Below are positions 16,360 through 30,889 of a stretch of 64,000 bases of DNA, one piece after another. The translations under genes were made by a program, and so were the position numbers. Under the pieces are notes generated by a model. It made no database searches and was not told the origin of the DNA. It saw nothing but the letters and a program-made list of their open reading frames with translations. The stretch's first letter is position 1. Every line of letters begins with the position of its first letter. Source of the DNA: the human T2T-CHM13v2.0 reference genome, Homo sapiens; assembly GCF_009914755.1 (NCBI RefSeq), contig NC_060946.1; one strand, written 5' to 3'.

Positions 16360-16748
16360 TTTTATGGAGACTGAGAAGTCCCCTGATCTGTCCATTGTAA
16401 GCTGAAGACCCAGTAGGGCCGGTTTTATGGATTAGTCCAAGCCCCAAGGCTTGAGAACCAGGGGAGCCACTGGTCTAAGACTCAGTCCAAGGGAAGGAGA
16501 GGATCAAGGTCCCACTCATGCAGTCACACACAAAGGAGGAATTCTCCCTGCTGGTGCCTTTTGTTGTATCCACGCCTTCAGTAGATTTGATGATGCCAAC
16601 CACACAGAGGAGGGCAAAGTACTAACTTAGTCCAGGCATTCAAACATGAATCTCATCTGGAAACACCCTCATAGACACACTCAGAAATAGTGTTCAATCT
16701 GGGCACCTCATGGCCTAGTCCATTTGACCCATAAAACTTACCATTACT
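16360..16748 (-). mobile_element. MLT2-type ERVL LTR fragment
   Basis: gctgaagacccag...aaacaccctcatagacacac...catttgacccataaaacttaccattac. Confidence 0.65.
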
Positions 16749-16819
16749 ATCATTAAAATGGCATACGTTATGTATATTTTGTTACCATAAAAAATTTACA
16801 TTCTGAAAATAAAGTACAG

Positions 16820-17137
16820 TGTCTTAGCTCATTTGTGCTGCTACAACAGAATACTTGAGGTTGAGTGATTTACAAAGAACAGACAGTTATTTCTCACAGT
16901 TGTGGAGGCTGGGCAGTCCAAGATCCTGGTGAGGGCTTTTATACTGCATTCTCATGTGGCAAAGGCAGAAGGGCTGGAGAAAGCTAAAGGCTGCATGAAG
17001 CCTCTTTCCTAAGGGCCTTAATCCTCTCAAGAGTGAGGAGCTGTCATGCCCTAATTGCCTCTTAAAGGCCATCTCTTTTAACACTACCACACTGGCAACA
17101 TCTGAATTTTGGAGAGGACACATTCAAACTATAGTAG
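16820..17137 (-). mobile_element. MaLR LTR (MST/MLT1A type)
   Basis: tgtcttagctcatttgtgctgctacaacagaatac...tatttctcacagttgtggaggctggg...gacacattcaaactatagta. Confidence 0.75.
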
Positions 17138-17729
17138 CAAGTTTAATTTGGAAATAATTCTACTCAAAAAAGCATTAGAATTGAGTAATGAAACCCTGTA
17201 TATCCCCTCCCTGGATGCAACAATGGGGTACGTTGAGTCCAATCCAGGGAGCATTCTCGCTTCCTCTCTCTACTCCATCTTAAAAAATTAACAATAATTT
17301 TCTGTCCACTCCATAATCCCATTTCACCAATTGCCCAAAATACCTACAGTAGTTATTTAATTATGTTTACTAACAGAATCCTCAAGATTCCAACCCTTAT
17401 ATTTGATTTTTACTTCTCTCTGATCGATCTGGCATTTATCGACGAAGATTCCATCAAACCCTGGGCTTATGAAAAATTTTGCAAAAATTCCACAGATAGG
17501 AAAGTGTTCATTGTGTGCAGCAGAAAAATGTTCATCATGCAGAGTGGAAACATGTTTATGTGTGGCAAGCAATGGTAAAGTGAGTCCTGCATTTTAAAAT
17601 GAAAGGACAGTAGATGGAAATTAGAGGTCACACTGTGAAATAATGAATTCTGTTAAAGGCAACAACATAGGTTAGTATAAAAGGCAGCATTATGGTATTT
17701 TTGGTTAGTAACTTCTCTTTGGAAACCTA

Positions 17730-18845
<1,116 letters not shown>

Positions 18846-19969
18846 AGAGATGCCTCAGGTGGCTCCTGCATATTCCGCCCCTGGTGAAGCATGTTTGCAT
18901 TTTCTTGGGAACTGAGCACCTCCTGCTTGGTCGTAAGGCAGACAGGCCACACAGAGAAGAATAATTCCTCCCTTTGGGCCAGCAGTTCAGGGATCAAGAA
19001 ATCCTAGACCTGAGGAGTAATTTCTGAATCTACACCTAGACCAAGGTGGTGTCTGAGCCTCCAGCAGTCAGTGAAGAGCAACCAGCAGTGGTCAACAGAG
19101 AGTCACATGGCAAAGCCGCCTGGAGCTGGGCTGGACCTGCATGTCAGGGAGATGCTGACATGCAGGGAGGGTCAGTGACCATGACCTAACACTGGGGGGA
19201 AAAATGTCCTTCTTTTTCTAGAGTATCATCGTTAACATTGATGTACAAATTCTTTTGCCCCATGTCTCTTACATCTGGCTCTTTTAGAATTTGCTTATTT
19301 CACAGCAACAAGTTCAAGTCTTATACTACATTGCATCCCAGCCCACCCAATTATGCTAAAACTCTGGATCTGTCAAACACTTTCAGAGCAGCAGATTTGT
19401 ACCTGGCCCTAAACGCATAGTGGGGACACTGAGGCACAGCTCCTAGGGCCTTCCCCTGAAGCTCCACCAAGGGCAAAAACTTATACAAGCTTCATGGATA
19501 TTAAAAACCTCCATGTTCACTTAGCAAGGGAGAAATTTTATTCAAGTTCTGCAGCTCAGGAGCTGTGCTCAAGAGCAAGACCCAGAACTTCTCAAAGCCT
19601 GGTTTTGGCACCTGTAGAATGGAGCCCAAAAACGCAGACAGACTTACCTCGGAGCTCTATAGGGCCAGGACAGCCCAGGAGTAAAGCCAGTTTGAGACAC
19701 AATTTGGGGTGAAGATGTCGGCCCAGAATAGAACCAGGAGAGGAAGAAGAAACCCGTGTGCTGAGAGTGGGTCTGCTGGGACCACTCCTCTCCTTCCTGG
19801 GCCCTTTGGGGCTGAGCCCTTCTCTAAAAACCACAGAGCTACTCCAGCAGCAGCCCCTGACTCTGCTGATTTGCATCATGGCCGCTTTATCCAGCAAGGG
19901 GATAAGAGAGGCCTGGGAGGAACCTGCTCAGCCTGAGTCTTGGGAAGCAGCATCGGGGGTGCCTCAGCC

Positions 19970-20598
19970 ATGGCCTGGACCCCTTTCCTCCTCGGCCTCC
20001 TCCCTCACTGCACAGGTGCTGCCCCCAGGGTCTCACTCACTTGCCCAGCCCCAGGCCTCTGGGTCCAGCCTGGCCCTAACACTGAGCTCAGTAGGGCCCT
20101 ACCTGTGGTGGGCAGGATGCTCATGACCCTGCCGCAGGGCAGGGGGCTGGTGGGGCAGAAATCCCCCCACACTGTGCTCCTGTTCTCTTGGTGCCCTAAG
20201 GGCACTTTTATTCCTGGGGCTCAGGTCAGTTCAGGCAAGTGGCAAGATATTCTTTGGTTAATCCCCAGAGTTTCAAGCCTTTTCGCTCCTCTTTTCTCTC
20301 CTTGCAGGCTCTGTGGCCTCATATGTGCTGACACAGCCACCCTCAGTGTCAGTGGCCCCAGGACAGACACCCAGGATCACCTGTAGGGGAAATAATATTG
20401 GAATTAAACCTGCTTAATGGTACCAGCAGAAACCAGGCCAGGCCCTTGTGCAGGTCATCTATGGGGATAGCAGATGGCCTTCAGGGATCTCTAAGTGATT
20501 CTCCAGCTCCAACTCGGGGAACATGGTCACCCTGACCATCAGTGGAGCCCAGGCTGGGGACGAGGCTTTCCTCTCAGGTGTGGGGCAGTGGCACTGCA
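19970..20598 (+). pseudogene. IGLV3-29: IGLV3-family pseudogene: leader 19970-20015, V exon 20308-20598
   Basis: Octamer ATTTGCAT 19869-19876; leader MAWTPFLLGLLPHCT; in-frame TAA at 20415-20417 and a later TGA; DYYC motif destroyed; RSS CACAGTG(20599)-23-ACACAGACC(20629-20637). Symbol assigned from gene order. Confidence 0.82.
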
Positions 20599-23489
20599 CA
20601 CAGTGACAGAGGCAGACAAGGAAGTAAGACACAGACCCCTTCCCCATCTGTGCTGCTGTCGTCCTCCAGCCCGGCAACACTGTGGACAAAGCCATGAGCA
20701 TGCATGACCCAGTTCACCTGGATCTGAGACCCCCAGTCTTTACTTCCTTCAGCCCTCCAGGCAGGCTGTGCAGAGGGGGCATCCAGAATGGATTTAGGGC
20801 TGAGGTGACCAGGATGTATTGGGGTTTTGTGGACTCCACTGTGATTCAGGGAAATTAGATCTTCCAAGCAGACCAAGGTCAATATCCTCAGTTATCTCTG
20901 GATTTCCATAGGTGGTGATAGGCCAGTCCTTGGCCGAAATGTCCTGAATCAGTCCCCAGAACTGCCCAGCTGAGGCTCCTGTCATTCTCTACAGAAAAAC
21001 TAGTGGAGTGGACACTGTGGGATCCTCCCAGATCCCCTCTTATGAGCTCACCCACACAGCACTCCTGGGAGCTTCTGGCAGCTCAGAGCTGTTCGGTGCA
21101 GAAATCTGCCTCCCCCAGGTTTATGTCTCTTCTCAGGGAGGTTTGGTTTCATGACTGCCTGTGGCCAAGGTCTCAAGACTCTTCCTCAGTATAACAGGAC
21201 CTGAAAATCCTCCAAGATCCATAGCTCCTTGTAGGGCTGACTGAAGCCTCAATATGTGTCAGGGCCTCCTTCTGCCTGGTGTTGCCTCCATCACTTTCTT
21301 AATCATCTGTGTATGATATTCTCCATCTCAGAGTCTGTTTCCAGGGAACCCAAACTAAGATCACCAGCCATCCCCAACACGGGCCATGAGGGAGCTGAAG
21401 AGGCCACTGTACACTAGAAAGCATCAGTTTACTCTTAAATTACCACTGCGAGTCTGCAAATGCCCAGCGAGACCTGAGTGGTTTTTTTTTTTCATTTGTG
21501 TGAAATGAAAAGGGAGACTGACATGCCAGATGCTCTGGGTTCTGAGGGAGAGTTGGAGTCAGATCCTCCTGCAGGAATCCAGGGGCAGCAGGAGCAGCCT
21601 CGCCCCATGCAGGGACCACAGATGCACCCAGAGGGTGAGCTGCAGGATGGACACTGCCCACCTCCAATCTGTATATCCTGTGCAAAAAAATCATTGTTTT
21701 CACCCCTTCTTCAGCCTATCAAAGTTGTCACTTAAAAAGCCACTACATCTCATCCTGTGAACAGGAAACCCATCCACATCTCCATCAGCCACATAATCTC
21801 CACATAAAGATTCTTCAAAAAATAGTAATAATAGCTGTGAAAAAGTATCTAAAATATTGCATGACAATTATACTTAGATTACATATGAAAATGGCACTAT
21901 TTTTGATATGCTAGGTAAATAAAATATATTATTTGAAGTCATTTACCTTCTTCTCTTTATATGTCTAATGTGGTGACTAGACAGTGGGATTCCCATTAGG
22001 CTCATCATACTGTGATTGAACAGTGCTGGTCTGCACCTCTTCAGGTTAACAGGGGCTGTGGAGTGACCTGGTGCAGGAAATATCATCTCCATCCATAGGA
22101 TATCAGTGTGAACCCAGGGAGAGGCACTGGTGCAAGAGAGATGAGAACAGGGGTGTGGAGTAGGGGACTGAGCCTTCACTTTGAGCCGAAGAAGTTTCCT
22201 TTCCTATCCTCAATCCTGAACAAGAGGTATTTCTGGACTTCTTTTTGTTTTCAAGTTTGTGCCCCTTCAGATTTGGGGCTGTCTGGAATCCTGCCAGGGG
22301 ACACCGAGAAAAAATAGGAGTCTCACACTGACTGTTGTATTTCATCTGCTGGGGCCATCCCAAACCACTGCGTACAATTTCCTTTCCTGGTGCTCAAATA
22401 GCTGCTCCACGCACTTGTCGTGGTTTCAGAGATGAATCTGGGTGGGAAGACAGGACAGTGTATGTTATAATATTTAAATGGAACCCAAATCCATTAATAT
22501 TTATTTTAATATGGAACATTAAAAGAGTTTTGTAATAGGCAATGGGAAAAGGTAAAAAAGATAAAAGCTTTTTGAGAAAAAAAAACAAAAACAAACTTAT
22601 AGAATGTCTATGTGTCTTCAGTGTTGCAGGGTTGAGAGAGATCAGCTTTATGGTGCCCCATGGATGTGCTGAGATGGGGAAAATCAAGAAAGAAGGAAGT
22701 ATGTACCACTGTGACTCAACAAATAAATCAAAGTAAAATGGACTTAAATCTTTCAATAAGTCATTCACAATAAATATCACTCTGGTGCACACAGAAATGC
22801 CTGTTAGCAAACTTTCCCTTCCCCCTGGCCATGTCTCCACGGATCACCTGTGTGCAGAGTGGCTCCGGTCAGTGCTCTGTGTTCCCTCCACAGGGCTCCC
22901 CACAACATGTGCCCTGTGTGGATGTGGGTGCATCGCCTGGGGTGGCTGATGTGCTCCAGGGATTCAATGCTGCAGATGCCTCAGCACCAAGGGTGGGGGT
23001 GGGAATGGGACAAGGCTGCAGCTGGGGAGACCAAGGATCAACCACACACAGCAGGGGTTTCCACGGGGTGAGCAGCCTCATTTCCTGACAGTAGAGCGAG
23101 CCTAAAGGTAGGTGCCAGGCAGTGGTATCTGTGGGGTGGCCCAGGCCTGGAGGGTCACAGAGACACAGGCACCACACAGCAGAGACACTGAGGGCCAGGA
23201 GCTCACTCAGGTGAGGGACTTCAGCAGATCTTTCTCTCCTGGTACAAAGAGATCAAGTTCCTACCATCAGAATAGACAAACAAGGACTTTAATCTCCTCA
23301 GCTGAGCCCCACTGTCCAGGGAAGAAGTCTCTGAGCCCAGGCCCAGGTGAGAGTGGGATGAGGAGAGGAGCCAGGACACAGATTTTCATGGATGCCCCGC
23401 CCTCCTCTGAGGCAGAGCGGATAAGACAGGGCTGGGGGCATACCCAGTGCTTGGGTCTCAGGAGGCAGCGCTCTCGGGACGTCTCCACC

Positions 23490-23948
23490 ATGGCCTGGGC
23501 TCTGCTCCTCCTCACCCTCCTCACTCAGGGCACAGGTGATGCCTCCAGGAAAGGGGCCTCAGGGACCTCTGGGCTGATTCTTAGTCTCCTGCTCCTCAGG
23601 CTCACCTGGGCCCAGCACTGACTCACTAGAGTGTGTTTTTTCCTTTTTCCGGGCTCTCGGGCTCAGTCTGCCCTGACTCAGCCTCACTCAGTACCCGGGT
23701 CTCCTGGACAGTCGGTCACCATCTCCTGCACTGGAACCAGCAGTGACGTTGGGCATTATAACTATGTCTCCTGGTGCCAGCAGCACCCAGGCACATGATT
23801 TATGAAGTCAGTTATAGGCTCTCTGGAGTCTCTGATCACTTCTCTGGCTCCCAGCTCTGGCAACATGGCCTCCATGACCATCTCTGGGCTCCAGGCTGAG
23901 GACGAGGCTGATTATTACTGCAGTTCATATACAAGCAGCAACATTTTC
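23490..23948 (+). pseudogene. IGLV2-28: IGLV2-family pseudogene: leader 23490-23535, V exon ~23653-23948
   Basis: Leader [15 protein letters not shown]; acceptor AG>GG (23651-23652); FR2 deletion with frameshift; heptamer CACAGTG 23949-23955 but spacer and nonamer missing. Symbol assigned from gene order. Confidence 0.85.
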
Positions 23949-23956
23949 CACAGTGG

Positions 23957-24087
23957 ACATAAGATTGATTCTCAGGCTCCAAGTCTGGCCAGTGAGCTTC
24001 TTTGAGACTCCCTGGGATCCCAGCAGTGACACTGATCACTATTGCTGTCCCACACATCCCAAGTGATGAGGAAGTAAGACCAAAACC
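23957..24087 (+). pseudogene. 3' half of a clan-VI-type V relic fused to the IGLV2-28 heptamer
   Basis: Near-identical to 59897-60027 and 38303-38433, ending in nonamer ACCAAAACC. Confidence 0.8.
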
Positions 24088-27000
24088 CTCCTGAGATTCC
24101 TGACTTGTGTCCTGACACCAGGGCTGTTGGGATTCCTGTCTTTCCTTCAAGATTGTTCAAATAAGCAGTGACAGTCACTTCCATGTGAGATATGAGAAGA
24201 AGAATAATTCCATATGAACCAAATCCACGAAGCCTACACTGAAGCCTGCCAAGTTCTCTGCAGTCCAGCGCGATGAAGGGAGCATTTTCGTGGGAACTTT
24301 TGGGAATATGAGGGGAGCCAGGCTCAGCTATGGGTTCCAGAGACAAAGCTCCTGGATGTTTCTCCCCGGCCTTGGTCCATCACCTGCTACCTCTCCTCAC
24401 TCTTTCCACAGACACTGCCCCAGGCTAAGCCCCCACAGGACCCTAAGCCTATTCCTGACCCTGAGCTCAGCCCAGGTGATGCTTCAGGAGATGGGATCCT
24501 GAGAATGAGCCCCAACATCTCTTTAACCTAAGGTGTGGGGTCATGAGACACCTATTAGCCATAAGACACCTGTCCCCCACCTGCTCAGGAGACAGTGGAG
24601 CAGGCAACAGTGCAGAGAGAACCAGCAGGAGCCAGGCCAGGCCCTGCATCCAAAGCAGGCCCCAATCCCCACAGATTCTCCAGCTCTAGCCTGTGGTACA
24701 GCCCCCACTTTCTGCAGGCTGAAATGGGCTTCTCAGGATGGGCAGGCCATGATGGGGGATGGCAGTGTGTCCACAGGACACAGCCCTGCTGCCTGCCTGG
24801 CCCTCATGCCCCCTCCTTCCCCACCCTGGTTAATCTCCACCAGAAAGGGCCCAGGTTCAGAACTCAGGACACCTGGATCAGCTCCTGGACTTGCCCCCAC
24901 TGCTCTCTGTTCTCCTGAGCCACTTAGTCTCTTTTGGCCTCAGTGTTACCTGCTGTGAAGTGAGGAGGCTTATACTGAACTGAGGAAGCTCTTTTCTTCA
25001 TTCAAAATTAAAAGACAGAAAAACAATGAAAGTCATGTAAATTAAAGCCTGCTGAGGGGATGTCATTTAATGGGCTTCAGTGGGTTTCAGACGTGGAACT
25101 TCTTGTCTTTTCTCTGCAGGGATTCCAAGACAGGGGCTCAAAAGAGCTTGCTTTCTGTATGGTGGGAACAGCGGTCCCTAGCTGAGAATAAGCAGGAGAT
25201 TCCCAGCTTCATCAGGAAGGCAGACTAGGCTAGTGTAGAAATCCTCTCCGTACAAACTCTGAGAGGTGTTGAATAAAATAAAGATAAACATAATTTCATG
25301 TTTTCATGGTGCCGATGATGGTGATGTTAGCTCACAACTAAGCTGCAGTGCCTGGAACATCAGGAAATCACAGTGAATCACAGCTGCTCTTATTGGGTGG
25401 GAGGTGCACCAGTTTGATGCCTAAGTACATAGAAAGCCTGGGTCCCTGTAGGATGGCACATGCATCTCTCTGGACTTTGAAAGCTTTGCAGAAGAGCTTC
25501 AGTTGACTCACTCTAATTAGTCCGGACTGAACAAAACCACTAGAGGAGGGCATTTCAACCCTGAGACACTTCTATAGCCCCAACTTCCTACCCTGCGTGT
25601 GCGAACTCTCTGTGCTGGGCTGGGCAGGGCAGATTGGGTCACCCTGCACAGAATGGGGCTGGACTGTCTGGTCCTCAACTTCTGAGGTGACAGGTGCTGT
25701 GGAGGCACGTGGAAGAAAAAAGCTCCTGGGCTGAGTCTCCTCCACCAGCTGGGGGCAGCAGAGCTGCAGCCAGGAGCAGTCAGGATTAAGGCTGGGGCTG
25801 CCCAGCTGGGGCAAAGAGAAGGCCAGCCTGGCGTTCAACAGGTGTCCAAGAATCAGTCTTCAGACTGAAAGTGAGTGCAGTTCATCCTATCCCCTCAGGC
25901 TGCAGTGACCATTCTCTGAGGGTCAGACTCATACAGTGTCACCCCAGGACACTGACAGAAGCCCGGCACAGTGAAGGCCTCACCTGGGAAATGCAGCTGG
26001 AGGAGGCTGGGACCAGGTGTCAACTGGGGCAGCTTACTCAGGAAGGGGATTTCTTTGGAGACATCCCAAGGTTGAGGTGCTCTAGGAGGGGGCACAGCGT
26101 GAGGTGACGGGGCTCCCAGGGCCCGGGTTCTTCACCCAGGATGGCTGTCTGAGCCTCCTGCCACTCTCAGGGCCTTGTCCCTCTCAGTCCAGCAGCAACC
26201 TGGGGAGCTGAGCCCTCTGTCCTGGGCACTTCCAGATATACCATACCTCACTTCCTTCTGCCTCACCTTCCAGCTCCAGGCGGACTCTGACTCAGGGGGA
26301 AACTCCTGTGCTCAGGGGAGTCTCGGGTGGGTGGGGTGAAGCATTTGGGATCCTGATCCCTTCATGGGGCATCCCCAGCCTCCTTAAGGAGACACTCTTC
26401 AGAGGGACAGGGCTTCTCACCTGCCTCAGCTCTGACCATGGGGCTGTCCACACTCAGTGACAGGACACTGACCAGGGATCTGACTGGAGTGACCAGGAAC
26501 CTGGCTGGGGCAACCAGGGACCACCCACCCTCTGGAGCTCACATGCTGTGCAGAGACCATGACCCTGGGACCCCTTCAGAGACCATGGGGCCTGAAGTTA
26601 GATTTTCAGTCCAGTGTGGTTTTCTCCTGCTTTTTGCAAGTTTACATTAAACATTGATGAGAAAAACATACATAAATAACAGACGAGCTGAGGGTGCCAA
26701 TTGCTAATCTCTTGTGGCAATGAGGGGTGATGTAGCAGGAGCAGCACCATGGCTGAAATGAGACCAGAGGCCCTGTTGAGTCCACAGGGGTGTGTGGTTG
26801 CTTAAATGACCCAACTATTCCCACTGAATAATCAGCAAGTGTCCCAATGACACAGCACAGCATTTAGATGAAATGAACAAGAGGGGACTGAGTCTGAGGG
26901 ACCAGGGGGAGGAAGATCATGGGTCCCTGGGCCACCTGCTGCTGAGTCAGGTGTCAGCAAGATCTCTCCGCAGAGCCCAGCTCAGCCCATGGCCAAACTC

Positions 27001-27342
27001 CTGGAAGGTCCACAGCTCTGCTGAGCCTGGCCCAGGACAGACCCCAGGTCAACGAGGTTTGGGACAGTGGTCATGAGATTAATTCCCAGAAAGGTGACTG
27101 TGATCACAGGGCTTGAAGGCTGCAGCTGATTTTCTAATCTGAGACCCTGCTTCTTCCTCCTGTTGCCTGTGCTGCCCTCACAGCTGGTTTGAGTGACATC
27201 TCTCCAGGAGGAGTCGCAGAGGATGTAAATTTGCATAAACGCCAAACACTGACTGCCCCCAAAAGCTGGAGAGGGAATAAGAGAGGCCTGGGGAGCCCAG
27301 CTGTGCTGTAGGCTCAGGAGGCAGAGCTCTGAATGTCTCACC

Positions 27343-27825
27343 ATGGCCTGGATCCCTCTCCTGCTCCCCCTCCTCATTCTCTGCACAGGTGCTGCCCCTA
27401 GGCTCAGTCTCCACAGACCCCAAGTTGAGCCTGACCTGAATCCTGAGCAAAGCCCTGCCACTGCCTCTGGGGGGGATTCCTGGCAATGCATCCTTTGTCC
27501 TCAAGCCCCCTCTCCTGTCTTTTCTTGCAGTCTCTGTGGCCTCCTATGAGCTGACACAGCCATCCTCAGTGTCAGTGTCTCCGGGACAGACAGCCAGGAT
27601 CACCTGCTCAGGAGATGTACTGGCAAAAAAATATGCTCGGTGGTTCCAGCAGAAGCCAGGCCAGGCCCCTGTGCTGGTGATTTATAAAGACAGTGAGCGG
27701 CCCTCAGGGATCCCTGAGCGATTCTCCGGCTCCAGCTCAGGGACCACAGTCACCTTGACCATCAGCGGGGCCCAGGTTGAGGATGAGGCTGACTATTACT
27801 GTTACTCTGCGGCTGACAACAATCT
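27343..27825 (+). CDS. IGLV3-27: Ig lambda V gene segment: leader 27343-27388, V exon 27531-27825
   Basis: [56 protein letters not shown]...[10 protein letters not shown]; octamer 27229-27236; open frame. Confidence 0.95.
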
Positions 27826-27864
27826 CACAGTGACACAGGCAGATGGAGAAATGAGACACAAACC
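27826..27864 (+). promoter_or_regulatory. 23-RSS of IGLV3-27
   Basis: CACAGTG + 23 nt + ACACAAACC. Confidence 0.95.
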
Positions 27865-29049
27865 CCTTGCCATCTGTGTCACCTTCTTCCTCCAGCCCCA
27901 GGAGGACTGTGGACAAAGCCACGAACAGGTCTGGCCCAGTACACCCAGATCAGAGACTCTGAGGCCTCCTTCCTTCCAGATCTCTACGGAGGCCCTACAG
28001 AAGGTGGATCAATAATAAATTCGGGGTTGGCAGGTCCAGTAGGTCCTGGTGTTTTCTGGGCTGGAGTGTGACTTGGGGAAAAATGACTTGAATGGAAGTA
28101 CAGTCAGTGGGAGACATCTATTGAGTGGTGATGGTCCCAGTATTTCCTCGTGTGGTGACTGAACCTAGGGCAGTGCCACTACTCTGTGGCCCAAATGCCC
28201 TGGGTTATTCCTCTGAGTTCCCCGTGTATTATTGAGATGCTCCAGCCCCCACTCTCATGGTATCCTGATCTGAAGAATCATGGCCAGTGCCCATTGCAGT
28301 GTCTCCATCTAGGTGCCATTTTCAGGACTCATGCATCCAGCATCCAAACAAGGCTGTGTGGGAGACCGTGACTTGTCACAGCTGTTCCCCACTGGAAAAT
28401 GCCACTGAGCTGCAGAGAACTGCTCTCCCAGTGATGTTCCCCCTTCACAGTGTGGTTCAGGTGCAATGCCTGCCTGGTCCCTAGATTTTAATGCCATGTT
28501 TTCATTTAAAATAACCACGAAGTGTCTCTTGCTGAGCGCTCCGGTGTAACACATTCCCAGTCATGCCTCTCACAATTTTCTTTCTGACAAAATTTCCTGA
28601 AACCCTATTGCAATGAATTCTCCCTCTCAGAGTAGGATTGCAGGGAGTTCACAAATTAACAAACAAACCAAATACTGTCTAGAAGAAAGAGGATCAAAGA
28701 GGAGAGAGCTGCACAGGGAGCGCACTCTGGAGTCTGCAGATATTCATGAGCACCGATGAGCATGTGCATGGGAGGAAACCTTCTGTGATAGAGAAAATAA
28801 CCATTCAAAGACATTTGAGGAAACACTCCATAGAGCTCACACACACATCCATGTGCACACACATACACAATCAGAATAGTGCCTGTTCCTCCGCTCCATG
28901 AAGAAAGGCCCGAGTTAAAGTGGGTGAGATTTACCAGTGAGAAGAGCTTTGCCTCAGTACTGGGGAAAACATTGCCCTAGACAAAAGGCATCTCTGGTGT
29001 TAACTAAGAAAGTGTACGGCCCCTGTGCTGATGCCCATGTCAAAGACCA

Positions 29050-29650
29050 TCACACGTATTTTAACCAACTAGCCCAGAGTTGTCACCAAGAGTTTGATCT
29101 TACAATAATTCTGCAATGAACATCCCTATTCAGACTCCTTGGAGTTCACCTATGAAGATTACCATAGAATAAATCTCTAGAAGTTGAATTGTTGGGTCAA
29201 AAAGAAGTACGTTTGTAATTTTCACTGATTATTCTCAGATTCCTATTCACGGGGGGGTTGTACCAATTTACAGTGCCAGCCATAAATCTTTGACGTGAGT
29301 ATGCTGTTGAAAGTTTGGGTTTTTGCCAACATGGTAGATTAAAATTTTGTTGTCTTGTAACAGTGTTATTTTGGATTTCTCCTATTCTGCTTGAGGTTGA
29401 ACATTTTCTCAAACATTTCAGGGCTCTTATATTTTAGGATTTAGTGAGCTTTTTTCTAAAATGGCCAGGTAAGGAGGGTTTTAGCCCCTGTGGGCCAAGA
29501 GTCAACTTTGACCATATTATGAGGGAACTTATAACTCCAGTTACAATGTAACCATTTAAAGCTATAAAAACCACTCTCAGCTCTGGGACCACACAAAACA
29601 GGTGGCAGGCCAGGGGTGGCCACAGGATGTGGTTTAATGGTCCCTGTTTT
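29050..29650. mobile_element. Old L1M 3' fragment (minus strand) followed by a MER58-like element; a related segment lies at ~57780-58450
   Basis: ttgtaccaatttacagtgccagc (L1M-like); cacacaaaacaggtggcaggccag (MER58-like). Confidence 0.55.
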
Positions 29651-30889
29651 GTAGGGTCATTTGAAGTTTAAAAATTTCACCAGCATATATTTTAGGTGGA
29701 GATCTTTTTGTGGGTAATACTGTATTTCACCGCCTATAGTGGCCTGAGATTTCTCTCTAGATAAGAACACACTTTTCTTATTTTTTGGATGGATTTTGGG
29801 TCTATCTGTGATAGCCCTGTGTCATAAACTCATAACTTTTGTGTCCGTCCTTTTACTGTGATTTTTGGGAGTGTGACAGTATATCAGGAATACACTACCC
29901 AGGGTGGAAAATCAGAGAGAGGGGGAGGAGCAAGTGGGCAAGGAAGCTTGTACCAAAGCTGGAATATCCACTGCAGCAGGCTCAGAGAAAAGGGTCCTAA
30001 TATCAGCATTTGACTGAAGCCAAAACCACAAGAGACCATAGAGGTTCTGAGGATGACAAATAAAAACATAGTTTAAGTTTTAATGCATTCATTATTTTTA
30101 TAATCCACAAAAATTCTAAAACTCAGAATTTAACAATGGGATAAGGAAAAGAGCTTGAGATGTTAAACGATAAAGACCCCAAGGAAAGTTGCCAGGAAAA
30201 GAACAGGACCTTTTTGGTGGAACTATGTTTATGCTGTAAATTACCCTCTTCTATATGTCTATATATATATTTAGGTATAAGAGAACATCTCATGGAACAC
30301 CCTTCTTCACCACAGTCAAAGATCACCCTCACCCAAGGAGGGAACCGAAAGGGAACGTCAATATGAGACAGAAAACATAATGCACTTTTGTATAACCATT
30401 AGGAGAGTCTCTATTTGCATATCAAATGTGGATGCTTAATGTTAACATTGGAAATAGTAGGTTAATATGCATGTGAGGTGAGTTTTCTTTTGACTATTTC
30501 TGTCTGTGATTTATCTTTCTTAATAGGGACATTTCTGCCCTTAGAACAACTTAACTTGTGATATTTTTTGTTCTATTATCTGTATCAGCTCTGTTTTTTT
30601 TTTTCAAACAGTGGCAAAGATATCCCATGACTAATGATTAATAAATTCAATTAATGGGTATTTAAATTATTTCAAGAGTGGACAGTTGTGACTTCCCCAC
30701 ATCTAACTCACAGATGTCGCTGATGCTGACTCACTCTTCTCTTCCAATCATAGCAAATAAAGTGGGAGCTTTGACTTTTCTGAAGACCCAGATGACAACA
30801 GGAGAGAGGAGGTGAAACCCCCTAAAGCTGTTATCCTTTAAACCCTCAGGAGGAATCATCCTGGAGAAACACCCACACTTGAGTTGGAT

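Noticed and set aside
27826-28015. ORF extensions past V exons (also at IGLV3-25, 2-23 and 3-22)
   Set aside because: Read-through into RSS and flank of unrearranged segments; not part of mature V regions
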